A stretch of DNA of 64,000 nt, taken from positions 13,007 to 77,006 of the forward strand of contig JAIDUV010000007.1 in the NCBI GenBank assembly GCA_029060025.1. The letters are read 5' to 3'. The notes beneath the pieces are model-generated. The model did no database searches. It saw only the letters and a program-made list of their open reading frames with translations, and was not told the origin of the DNA. Of the stretch, positions 53,955 to 62,743 are shown piece by piece; position 1 is the stretch's first letter, and every line of letters starts with the position of its first letter. This DNA comes from Clostridia bacterium. Its GTDB lineage: Bacteria > Bacillota > Clostridia > Christensenellales > UBA3700. The position numbers and the translations under genes were made by a program.

Positions 53955-55613
53955 ATGAAAAACGTAGAAAAGTATCAAAGAGGTTATTTTATGCCCCCCT
54001 TTGAGTGCAACGATTGGGTAAAAAAGGAGTACGTCGACAAAGCGCCGATATGGTGTAGCGTCGATTTGCGCGACGGCAACCAAGCATTGGTTGTGCCTAT
54101 GAGTCTTGAGCAGAAACTGGAGTTTTTTACGTTGCTATGCAAATTGGGATTTAAAGAAATCGAAGTGGGATTTCCTGCGGCGAGCGAGACAGAGTATGAA
54201 TTTTTGCGCGCTTTGATTGACAGACATCTCATTCCCGACGACGTGACTATTCAGGTGCTCACGCAGTCAAGAGAACATATCATTGCCAAGACGTTTGAAG
54301 CGTTGAAGGGAGTAAAGAGGGCTATTGTGCATCTTTACAACTCGACTTCAGTTGCTCAAAGACAACAGGTATTCAAGAAGTCTGAAGAGGAGATAATTGA
54401 GATTGCAAAGAGCGGAGCAAGGCTTTTCAACGAGTACGCGTCTAAGATGGACGGCGAGTTTATATTCGAGTATTCCCCCGAGTCGTTTACCGGCACGGAG
54501 ATGGAATTTGCAAGGGATATTTGCAACGAAGTTATCAAGATATGGAAGCCCACTCCTCAAAGAAAAGTCATAATCAATTTGCCTGTGACGGTGTCTATGT
54601 CTTTGCCGCACGTGTATGCAAGCCAAGTTGAGTTTATGTGCAAGTCTCTTATCGACAGAGAGAATATAATTATTTCGTTGCATCCTCACAATGACAGAGG
54701 TTGCGCGGTTGCAGATAGCGAACTCGGCTTGTTGGCAGGAGGAGACAGAATTGAGGGTACGTTGTTCGGCAACGGCGAACGCACCGGCAATGTGGATATA
54801 ATTACGCTTGCTCTCAATATGTATACGCACGGCGTAGACCCGCATTTGGATTTCAGCAATATTATGCCGATAGTCGCAGAGTACGAAAAGGTGACCGATC
54901 TCAAAGTTCACGACAGACATCCATACGCAGGAAAACTCGTATTTGCGGCATTCTCGGGATCGCACCAAGACGCTATTGCCAAGGGTATGAAGTGGAGGGA
55001 AGACAAGCATCCCGACCATTGGAGCGTACCGTATCTTCCTATCGACCCAAAGGACGTTGGCAGAGAATACGAAGGAGACGTGATACGTATCAATTCGCAG
55101 TCTGGCAAGGGCGGCATAGGTTTCCTTATGGAAGAACGCTTTGGCATCGTGATGCCTCCCAAGATGCGAGAAAACTTCGGTTACGCTGTCAAGAGCGTAT
55201 CGGATCACGCGCACAAAGAACTTCAACCCGACGAGGTATACAAAGTCTTTGAAGATAATTACGTCAACGTGGAGAAGCCCATCAAGATACTGGAGCACCA
55301 CTACAAGCAAGTCGACGGCATTGAGACCACCGTCACTATGGATATTGACGGAGAAAGCCCCATTACGTCTTGCGCAAGCGGCAACGGCAGACTTGACGCA
55401 GTAAGCAATGCAATCAAAAACGTCATTGGTGATACATATCATATAGTCGAGTATCAAGAGCACGCGCGCACAAAGACTTCAAGGTCGCAAGCGGTGGCTT
55501 ACGTCTGTATAGAAATCGAGGAGACGCATCAACTTGTTTGGGGCGTGGGTATTCACAACGACATCATTGAAGCGAGCGTAAGGGCGTTGGTTTCGGCGCT
55601 CAACAGACGTTAA
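53955..55613 (+). CDS. leuA: 2-isopropylmalate synthase (long, LeuA type 2)
   Basis: WCSVDLRDGNQALVVPM, HPHNDRGCAVA and a C-terminal LeuA dimerisation/regulatory domain; 552 aa. Confidence 0.9.
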   Translation: MKNVEKYQRGYFMPPFECNDWVKKEYVDKAPIWCSVDLRDGNQALVVPMSLEQKLEFFTLLCKLGFKEIEVGFPAASETEYEFLRALIDRHLIPDDVTIQVLTQSREHIIAKTFEALKGVKRAIVHLYNSTSVAQRQQVFKKSEEEIIEIAKSGARLFNEYASKMDGEFIFEYSPESFTGTEMEFARDICNEVIKIWKPTPQRKVIINLPVTVSMSLPHVYASQVEFMCKSLIDRENIIISLHPHNDRGCAVADSELGLLAGGDRIEGTLFGNGERTGNVDIITLALNMYTHGVDPHLDFSNIMPIVAEYEKVTDLKVHDRHPYAGKLVFAAFSGSHQDAIAKGMKWREDKHPDHWSVPYLPIDPKDVGREYEGDVIRINSQSGKGGIGFLMEERFGIVMPPKMRENFGYAVKSVSDHAHKELQPDEVYKVFEDNYVNVEKPIKILEHHYKQVDGIETTVTMDIDGESPITSCASGNGRLDAVSNAIKNVIGDTYHIVEYQEHARTKTSRSQAVAYVCIEIEETHQLVWGVGIHNDIIEASVRALVSALNRR

Positions 55614-55691
55614 TAAGCATATAGGATTATCATTTTGCAATAGTTAATCAATCTATGGAAGTAATATGGATTGATTTGCGATAAGTTAATT

Positions 55692-55726
55692 AAAAGGTAC
55701 GCGCAATACTTTGTACGTACCTTTTT
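55692..55726. terminator. Bidirectional terminator
   Basis: aaaaggtacg ... cgtaccttttt, between convergent genes. Confidence 0.65.
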
Positions 55727-55748
55727 GATTAAATACTGATTAAGCAAA

Positions 55749-56039
55749 TCAATTATTTTCAAATCTTTCGACTTTCATTTTTAATTTATATTTTTTTCTT
55801 AGTTGAGCAATTTCATCCATCATAGGTGATTTGTGATGGATATCGAGTGCTTCTTGATTTTCCCAGCGGTCAATGAGCAAAACCGTCTCTTTGTCGTCCA
55901 TTGGGAAATAATACTCGTATTTTAAATTTCCTTTTTCATTCCGCACGGCGTTGACTATTCCGCTTGATACCATTTCTTCCGCAAACTTCACGGCATTGCC
56001 ATTTTGACCGCTGTAATAAATATTGATAGTAAGACTCAT
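55749..56039 (-). CDS. Antibiotic-biosynthesis-monooxygenase (ABM) family protein
   Basis: The ATG at 56039 lies behind AAGGAGG. IDRWENQEALDIHHKSPMM is typical of ABM/quinol monooxygenase-like proteins. Confidence 0.65.
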   Translation of the reverse strand: MSLTINIYYSGQNGNAVKFAEEMVSSGIVNAVRNEKGNLKYEYYFPMDDKETVLLIDRWENQEALDIHHKSPMMDEIAQLRKKYKLKMKVERFENN

Positions 56040-56179
56040 ATTGTTTTCCTCCTTGATTATTATACCAAAAAAGTGTGTTAAGTTCAAGAGGTTTATATTT
56101 TCGCCGTCAATATTACACCAATTCATTTAACAAAATTTTCAAAACGGCGTATATTGTATATATAAGGTTTAATGATACG

Positions 56180-57574
56180 ATGGACTTCGCGCTTAATAAA
56201 ACTCCGCTTTTGACCCAAAGTCCGGCGAAGGTGATTTTAAAATTCTCATTGCCTCTTATCATAGGTGATTTTTGTCAACAACTCTACAATGTCGTTGACT
56301 CTATTGTCGCAGGCAGATTTATCGGCACCAAGGCTTTGGCGGAATTGGGCGTAGCAAGCCCAGTGATGAATATAATCATATTCTTGCTTATCGGATTTGC
56401 AATGGGCGGCAGCGTCATTATGTCGAGGCACTTTGGCAATAAAGATTACGACGCGCTTAAAAAGGTGATGGGCAACGCTCTTGTGATAGGAGTAATTTTT
56501 ACGCTTGCGCTTAGCGCCGTGAGCATAGGTATATCGAGACAATTTTTGAAGTTGCTTAATACAAACGATACTCTGTTGCAAGGCGCGGGCAACTATCTCA
56601 AGATAGTATTTGCCGGCGCAATATTCACCTATCTTTACAATTTCTATTGTTTTGCTGTACGCTCGATTGGAGACAGTTTTACGCCGCTGATATTCTTATT
56701 CGTATCAGTTGCGTTCAATGCGATATTAGACGTGCTTTTCGTCGTAGTATTCAAATGGGGCATAGAGGGCACGGCAATGGCTACTGTATTTGCGCAAATG
56801 CTGTCGGCTGCGCTTTGCATAATCTATACTCACAAAAAATTCTCATTGTTGCGCCTGAAAAGAGACGATTTGAAGATAAGCAAGAAGATAGTCTTTGAGA
56901 TCACGTCCTATTCGTTGTCTATGTCTTTGCAACAAGTATTCGTATACGTCGCAAGGCTTGCAATTCAAGGACTTGTCAATACCTATCCCGAGAATATAGT
57001 CGCGGGTGTCAACTCCGGCACTCGTCTAGACGCGCTTTTGCAGACTCCGATGCGAGGATATACCAACGCTTTGACGACTTTCGTCGCGCAAAATTACGGA
57101 GCAAATGAGTATAAGCGAGTTGTGCAAGGATACAAGGCAAGTTGGGTAGCAGTGGCGTTTTTCGGAGTATTTTCCACACTTTTCACAGTCTTGACTGGCA
57201 GATGGCTTGTGGGACTGTTTGACGATAATATCGAGGTTATTAACGCAGGCGCAGGCTACCTCGTGGCAATAGGCTGGGGGTATATGCTTATGTGCATAAT
57301 CGTGCAGTCGCAGGCGGTATTCAAGGCAATAGGTATGCTCAAGACGTTTGTGCTATCCACTATGCTGTCGATTATTTTCAGAATTGCGCTGTCTTATCTT
57401 TTTGAGCATTTCTGGGGACTTGAGGGAATGTTTTGGGCGCCGACAGGCAGTTGGATAATAGGCGGCAGTTTTTGCTTTGTCTGTATGATAATTGCCTATA
57501 AAAAAAGACTTCTTCCGTTGGCAAAGTCTCAAGAAAAAGAAACTCAAGGAAATCTTGACGAAGAAAGTAATTAG
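56180..57574 (+). CDS. MATE-family efflux transporter
   Basis: ILKFSLPLIIGDFCQQLYNVVDSIVAGRFIG and 12 hydrophobic segments. Start moved to the ATG at 56180. Confidence 0.8.
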   Translation: MDFALNKTPLLTQSPAKVILKFSLPLIIGDFCQQLYNVVDSIVAGRFIGTKALAELGVASPVMNIIIFLLIGFAMGGSVIMSRHFGNKDYDALKKVMGNALVIGVIFTLALSAVSIGISRQFLKLLNTNDTLLQGAGNYLKIVFAGAIFTYLYNFYCFAVRSIGDSFTPLIFLFVSVAFNAILDVLFVVVFKWGIEGTAMATVFAQMLSAALCIIYTHKKFSLLRLKRDDLKISKKIVFEITSYSLSMSLQQVFVYVARLAIQGLVNTYPENIVAGVNSGTRLDALLQTPMRGYTNALTTFVAQNYGANEYKRVVQGYKASWVAVAFFGVFSTLFTVLTGRWLVGLFDDNIEVINAGAGYLVAIGWGYMLMCIIVQSQAVFKAIGMLKTFVLSTMLSIIFRIALSYLFEHFWGLEGMFWAPTGSWIIGGSFCFVCMIIAYKKRLLPLAKSQEKETQGNLDEESN

Positions 57575-57657
57575 AGGATATTTGATACAACTTTTTTATA
57601 TTACTTGCGAAGTATCGCATTTTATAGTAATATATACTTGGTATATAAAAATGATTT

Positions 57658-57684
57658 AGATTTCTCCGCTACGGTCGAAATGAC
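57658..57684 (-). repeat. Family-1 repeat, short A-type unit
   Basis: agatttctccgctacggtcgaaatgac. Confidence 0.8.
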
Positions 57685-57783
57685 GTCAAGAAATAGTGAA
57701 TGGCATAGGAAATAGTGAACGACATCAAAATAGCGGCGGAACATAATCATATAAATGCGGCAAAGTCCGACAACGAGGCGTAT

Positions 57784-58830
57784 ATGAAGAAATTGAGAGT
57801 AAATCTCGGCGAAAACAGTTATGATATAATCATAGGCAAAGACCATCTGTCAAGCATAGGCAATTACGTCGAGAGCAAAGGCGGAAAGGTTTTTATACTC
57901 AGCGATACCAATGTTGCTCCGATATTTGCCAACGTTGTGATAGACAGTCTTGTCGCAAAGGGCTATGAGTGCAAACTTATGGTGCTTGAAGCGGGCGAGC
58001 CTACTAAAAATATCAAGTCGATATATCCCATATATTCAAGTATGATAGAGTTCAATCTCACTCGTCGCGATTTGGTGATTACTCTCGGCGGCGGGGTGAT
58101 AGGTGATTTGGGCGGTTTTGTTGCGTCGACGTATTTGCGCGGCGTGGACTTCGTGCAAGTTCCCACGTCATTGCTTGCGCAAGTCGACAGTTCTGTTGGC
58201 GGCAAAGTGGCTGTAGATTTGCCCGAAGGCAAAAATCTTGTCGGAAGTTTTTATCAACCTAAGTTGGTATTTATCGACACCGACGTTTTGCGCGATTTGC
58301 CCGACAAGTTCTATATCGACGGTATGGCGGAGATAATCAAATACGGATGTATAAAAGATAAGGCGCTTTTTGAAGTCTTGGAAGGCATTAAGTCGCGTGA
58401 AGAATTTATGGATAAAGTGGAAGACATAGTCTACACTTGTTGCGACATAAAGAGACGCGTAGTCGAAGTCGACGAAAAAGACAACGGAGAGAGAATGTTG
58501 CTCAATTTTGGACACACTTACGGACACGCGATAGAAAAATATTACAACTTCACAGGATATACGCACGGACAAGCCGTGGCTATAGGTATGGCGTATATCA
58601 CCGAGATTTCCGAGAGACTTGGGCAGACAGCAAAGGGTACGTATGGCAGAATAGAAAAGATATTAAGTCAATACGGTTTGCCTGTGTCTGATCCTGTAAA
58701 GGCGCAAGACATACTGTCGGCTATCAAGAGTGATAAAAAGAATTTAGGCAAGACCCTCAACGTAGTGTTGCTTAAAGAAATAGGCACTAGTTGCACTTAC
58801 GCGACAAGCGAGGAGTATTTTCTCAAATAA
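57784..58830 (+). CDS. aroB: 3-dehydroquinate synthase
   Basis: LGGGVIGDLGGFVASTYLRGVDFVQVPTSLLAQVDSSVGGK and NFGHTYGHAIE. The ATG at 57784 lies behind GAGG. Confidence 0.9.
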   Translation: MKKLRVNLGENSYDIIIGKDHLSSIGNYVESKGGKVFILSDTNVAPIFANVVIDSLVAKGYECKLMVLEAGEPTKNIKSIYPIYSSMIEFNLTRRDLVITLGGGVIGDLGGFVASTYLRGVDFVQVPTSLLAQVDSSVGGKVAVDLPEGKNLVGSFYQPKLVFIDTDVLRDLPDKFYIDGMAEIIKYGCIKDKALFEVLEGIKSREEFMDKVEDIVYTCCDIKRRVVEVDEKDNGERMLLNFGHTYGHAIEKYYNFTGYTHGQAVAIGMAYITEISERLGQTAKGTYGRIEKILSQYGLPVSDPVKAQDILSAIKSDKKNLGKTLNVVLLKEIGTSCTYATSEEYFLK

Positions 58831-58831
58831 T

Positions 58832-60079
58832 ATGGACGTCATCATCACACCTGCAAAACTCAAAGGAAGCGTAGTAATTCCACCGTCAAAAAGTCTGGCG
58901 CACAGAGCAATAATTTGCGCCTGTCTTGCGCGCGGCAAGAGCACTGTGTCCAACGTGGCGCTAAGTGACGATATCGTCGCGACGATAGAGTGTATGCGCA
59001 ATCTGGGCGCCAAGATAGATATAAAAGACGGCGTATTGGAGATTGAAGGCAATGCGACAAAGATTTCGTCAAACTTGACTTTTGACTGCAAGGAATCGGG
59101 GTCTACGTTGAGATTTATTCTACCGATAGCGTTGGCGCTGAATTGCGGAAAAAACGCTTTTGTCGGCAGAGGTAAGTTGGGCGAGCGTCCTATGACGATA
59201 TACAAAGATATTTGCAATAAGCAAGGCGTCGAGTACGTTGACAATAGTCTTTTGAATGAGAAGCATCTTTTAGATTTGAGCGTAAAAGGCGAGTTGAAGA
59301 GCGGCGAATACTGTGTCGACGGCGGAGTGAGTTCGCAGTTTATCACAGGGCTGTTGTTTGCCTTGCCGTTGCTCTGCGGTGACAGCAAGATTGTAATACA
59401 AGGGCAGTTGCAGTCGGTGGGATATCTTCATTTGACATTGTCCGCGCTCAAGGATTTTGGAATAGAAGTCGTATACGACGGCGGAGTATTCCATATCAAA
59501 GGCGGACAGCAATACTGTGCGCGCGATTATTGCATAGAGGGCGACTATTCGCAAGAGGCATTTTATGAAGTGGCAAATTATCTAGGCAGTCAAGTGGATA
59601 TGCGCGGGCTTAATCTTGATAGTTTGCAAGGAGATAAAATAATCGTCGACTTTGTAAGCAAACTCAAGTCTGCGGATAAATTAGAAAAATTGACTTTTGA
59701 CGGCAGTAATTGCCCTGATATAATACCGGTATTTGCATTGGCGTGTTGTCTAAGGCAAGGTCATACCGATATAGTCAATATATCAAGATTGAAGATAAAA
59801 GAATGTGATAGGCTTGCCGCTACGGCGCAGGAACTTGGCAAGTTGGGCGCCAACGTCACTCAAGGCGAGGACTTCTTGTCAATCGACGGAGTGGAAAGGT
59901 TGCGCGGAGGCGTTGTCGACAGTCACGGAGACCACCGTATGGCAATGATGCTTGCAATTGCGTCGACTGTGGCGGACGGCGAAGTTGAGATTTTGGGAGC
60001 GCATAGCGTATCCAAATCATACCCCAACTTCTTTGACCATTTTGTAAGCCTTGGCGGCAAGATAATACGTCGTAACTAA
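58832..60079 (+). CDS. aroA: 3-phosphoshikimate 1-carboxyvinyltransferase (EPSP synthase)
   Basis: PPSKSLAHRAII, CKESGSTLRF, DHRMAMMLAIAS. Confidence 0.9.
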   Translation: MDVIITPAKLKGSVVIPPSKSLAHRAIICACLARGKSTVSNVALSDDIVATIECMRNLGAKIDIKDGVLEIEGNATKISSNLTFDCKESGSTLRFILPIALALNCGKNAFVGRGKLGERPMTIYKDICNKQGVEYVDNSLLNEKHLLDLSVKGELKSGEYCVDGGVSSQFITGLLFALPLLCGDSKIVIQGQLQSVGYLHLTLSALKDFGIEVVYDGGVFHIKGGQQYCARDYCIEGDYSQEAFYEVANYLGSQVDMRGLNLDSLQGDKIIVDFVSKLKSADKLEKLTFDGSNCPDIIPVFALACCLRQGHTDIVNISRLKIKECDRLAATAQELGKLGANVTQGEDFLSIDGVERLRGGVVDSHGDHRMAMMLAIASTVADGEVEILGAHSVSKSYPNFFDHFVSLGGKIIRRN

Positions 60080-60173
60080 ATTATATGTTTTCGATATAAG
60101 GTTGCGCGTCAAAAATGCTGAACACAGGAAATGATAATTATTAAAATATTTAGATTATAAATAGAGGCGAGGC

Positions 60174-60234
60174 TTGAGTGAGCGCAAGCGAACTTAGCGC
60201 GTAAATCGGCAGCAAGGTTGCCGCGCAAACTTAA
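60174..60234 (+). repeat. Family-2 MITE-like element (61-bp form) inside the aro operon
   Basis: ttgagtgagcgcaagcgaacttagcgcgtaaatcggcagcaaggttgccgcgcaaacttaa. Confidence 0.75.
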
Positions 60235-60265
60235 CCGAGACTCAAAGAGAAAAACGGAGGAACAA

Positions 60266-61351
60266 ATGAGCACTGTATGGGGCAGTAATATCAAAATAAC
60301 AATATTCGGAGAATCGCACAGTGCGGCAATAGGCGTCGTAATTGACAATTTGCCGGCTGGCATACCTTTGGATATGGCAGAGATTCAACGCGAAATGGCG
60401 AGAAGGGCGCCCAACGGCGGTGAATATTCCACGCCTAGAAAAGAGGCGGACGAAGTGGAAATCGTCAGCGGATATTTCAATGACAAGACTACCGGTACGC
60501 CGCTTTGCGGAATTATCCGCAATACCAATACCAAGTCGAGTGACTATGACGTGCTCAAAGACCTTGTTAGACCCGGGCACAGTGACTTTGGATATTATCA
60601 CAAGAGCGGCGGCAACAACGACTATAGGGGCGGCGGACATTCGTCCGGACGTCTTACTGCGCCATTGGTATTTGCCGGGGCGGTATGCAAACAAATGTTG
60701 AGACAAAAGGACGTGTTCGTAGGTTCGCATATCTCTTCAATCGGCAATATTAAGGATTCAAAATTCGACGCCAGAGTTGAAGGAAATATGCTTGAGAACT
60801 TAACGAGGCAGGTATTTCCTCTCGTCGACAGCGGTAAGTTTGTTGCGATGGATTACGTAATCAAAGAGGCTCGCGCTGAAGGTGATAGCGTGGGCGGTAC
60901 GATAGAGTGCGCAATAGTCGGTGTGCCGGCAGGCGTGGGAGAGCCATTCTTTGAGAGTATCGAATCAAAGATTGCAAGTCTGCTTTTTTCAGTTCCTGCA
61001 GTCAAAGGGGTGGAGTTTGGCAAAGGATATGAACTCACCAAGATGAAAGGAAGCGAGGCTAACGACCCATTCAGATGTCTTGGCGGAAGAGTATTTACCG
61101 CGACCAACAACAACGGCGGTATATTGGGCGGACTGTCCACCGGAATGCCAATAATTTTCGACGCGGCAATCAAGCCGACTGCGTCAATATTTAAAGAACA
61201 AGATACTATCAACGTAATCACAGGTGAAAACGTCAAACTCAATTTAAAGGGCAGACACGATTCTTGCATAGTCGTAAGAGCAGTGCCGGTAATAGAGGCG
61301 GTTGCGGCAATTGCCATATACGATCTATTAAGATATAGAGAAGATTTATAA
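60266..61351 (+). CDS. aroC: Chorismate synthase
   Basis: FGESHSAAIGVVIDNLPAG, RPGHSDF, GGGHSSGR and KGRHDSCIVVRAVP. GGAGG RBS before the ATG at 60266. Confidence 0.9.
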   Translation: MSTVWGSNIKITIFGESHSAAIGVVIDNLPAGIPLDMAEIQREMARRAPNGGEYSTPRKEADEVEIVSGYFNDKTTGTPLCGIIRNTNTKSSDYDVLKDLVRPGHSDFGYYHKSGGNNDYRGGGHSSGRLTAPLVFAGAVCKQMLRQKDVFVGSHISSIGNIKDSKFDARVEGNMLENLTRQVFPLVDSGKFVAMDYVIKEARAEGDSVGGTIECAIVGVPAGVGEPFFESIESKIASLLFSVPAVKGVEFGKGYELTKMKGSEANDPFRCLGGRVFTATNNNGGILGGLSTGMPIIFDAAIKPTASIFKEQDTINVITGENVKLNLKGRHDSCIVVRAVPVIEAVAAIAIYDLLRYREDL

Positions 61352-61387
61352 TATGTGCAGTTATGAGTATCATTTAGGCGGTATTAT

Positions 61388-62518
61388 ATGGACGAATTGG
61401 ATAGATTGAGAGGACAGATAGATTTAATAGACAAGGATATAATTTCACTCTTTGAAAAGAGAATGGGATTGGTATTGGGCGTAGCCGAGTATAAAAAGAC
61501 GCATAACACAGGAGTGCTGCAAACTTCAAGAGAAGACGAAGTCTTGCAAAAGGCAGTCGACAATCTTGTCAACAAAGAATACGCTGATTCTGCGCGTCAA
61601 CTTATGGTAGAACTTATGGGCTTGAGCAAAGATTTGCAGAGAAAGAAAATCTCAAAATCAAATCTTCTTGGCGGATATTGCCGTAAGCCGCTGGATTATG
61701 ACGGCAATAAGGGATATTACGGAGACAAAGGTTCTAATTCCCAGCAGGCTATGATAGATTTTTTCGGTGACGGCGTAGGAGAGAGTTTTACCACATTTGA
61801 AGATATATTTATTGCGTTGAAAGAAGACAGAATACAATACGGAGTATTGCCTATCGAGAATTCTTCCACCGGCGCAATAACCGAAGTATACGACTTGCTT
61901 CGCAAGTATGACTTTTTTATTGTAGGCGAGCAGTGGCAAGGTATCAATCATTGTCTTTTGGGCGTAGAGGGAACAAAACTTGAAGACATTGAGGAGGTGT
62001 ATTCTCATCCTCAAGCAATCACTCAATGCGATAACTATTTGTCTGGAGGAAAGTGGAGGTTAATCCCATTTAAATCTACGGCGTCTTCTGCAAAACTCGT
62101 AGCGGAACAGAAGGATAAGCGCAAGGCGGCAATAGCGTCAAAGCGCAACGCTGCGCTTTACGGACTGGAAGTCATTGCGGAGAATATTCAGTCGCAGTCT
62201 TGCAACTACACTCGCTTTATTGTAATAGGAAAGAACTTGCTTGATAGCCAAAAGAGTGATAAGACGAGTATTGTATTTGCGTTGAATTCCACTCCGGGAG
62301 CGCTCTTTAACGCATTGAAGTATTTTGCTAAGAATGGCATCAACTTGCTAAATATTGAGTCCCGACCGGTAGAAAATTCTCCCGAGAGATATTATTTTTA
62401 CGTAGATTTGGAGTACCCTTGCGACTCTGCAAAACTCAACGAAGCGTTGGAGTACGTGGCGGAAGTATCGTCTTTCTTTGAGATATTAGGCGAGTATCCG
62501 AAAGGGCAAAGGATATAG
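61388..62518 (+). CDS. pheA: Bifunctional chorismate mutase / prephenate dehydratase (P-protein type, with an ACT domain)
   Basis: The N-terminal LRGQIDLIDKDIISLFEKRM (CM_2) is followed by PDT motifs (GVLPIENSSTGAI, TRFIVIG) and an ESRP-containing ACT region. Confidence 0.85.
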   Translation: MDELDRLRGQIDLIDKDIISLFEKRMGLVLGVAEYKKTHNTGVLQTSREDEVLQKAVDNLVNKEYADSARQLMVELMGLSKDLQRKKISKSNLLGGYCRKPLDYDGNKGYYGDKGSNSQQAMIDFFGDGVGESFTTFEDIFIALKEDRIQYGVLPIENSSTGAITEVYDLLRKYDFFIVGEQWQGINHCLLGVEGTKLEDIEEVYSHPQAITQCDNYLSGGKWRLIPFKSTASSAKLVAEQKDKRKAAIASKRNAALYGLEVIAENIQSQSCNYTRFIVIGKNLLDSQKSDKTSIVFALNSTPGALFNALKYFAKNGINLLNIESRPVENSPERYYFYVDLEYPCDSAKLNEALEYVAEVSSFFEILGEYPKGQRI

Positions 62519-62540
62519 CGTAGCAACTGAAGGTATAGAT

Positions 62541-62711
62541 GTCATTTCGACCGAAACGCAGTGAAGTGGAGAAATCTCAAGCCTTTGGCATCATATTGAG
62601 CGGAGCGAAGCGTAGTCGAAATATCTCAGCAGTAAAAAACTGATAGAGATCTCTCCATTGCGGTCGAGATGACAAAATAATTGGATAGTGACTTCGCGAC
62701 TGCTCGAGGTG
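62541..62711. repeat. Family-1 repeat cluster (four units, mixed orientation)
   Basis: 62541-62578 (+, near-consensus), 62598-62627 (+, variant), 62645-62673 (-), 62688-62711 (-, B-type). Located between pheA and aroE. Confidence 0.85.
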
Positions 62712-62743
62712 AAAATTATAGACGTATTTAATAGAGGTAAAAA

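Noticed and set aside
5363-62711. Whether the recurring 27-38-nt units could be a CRISPR array.
   Set aside because: Copies are scattered singly or in inverted pairs over 57 kb. They are not regularly spaced direct repeats with unique spacers, and no cas genes are in the window.
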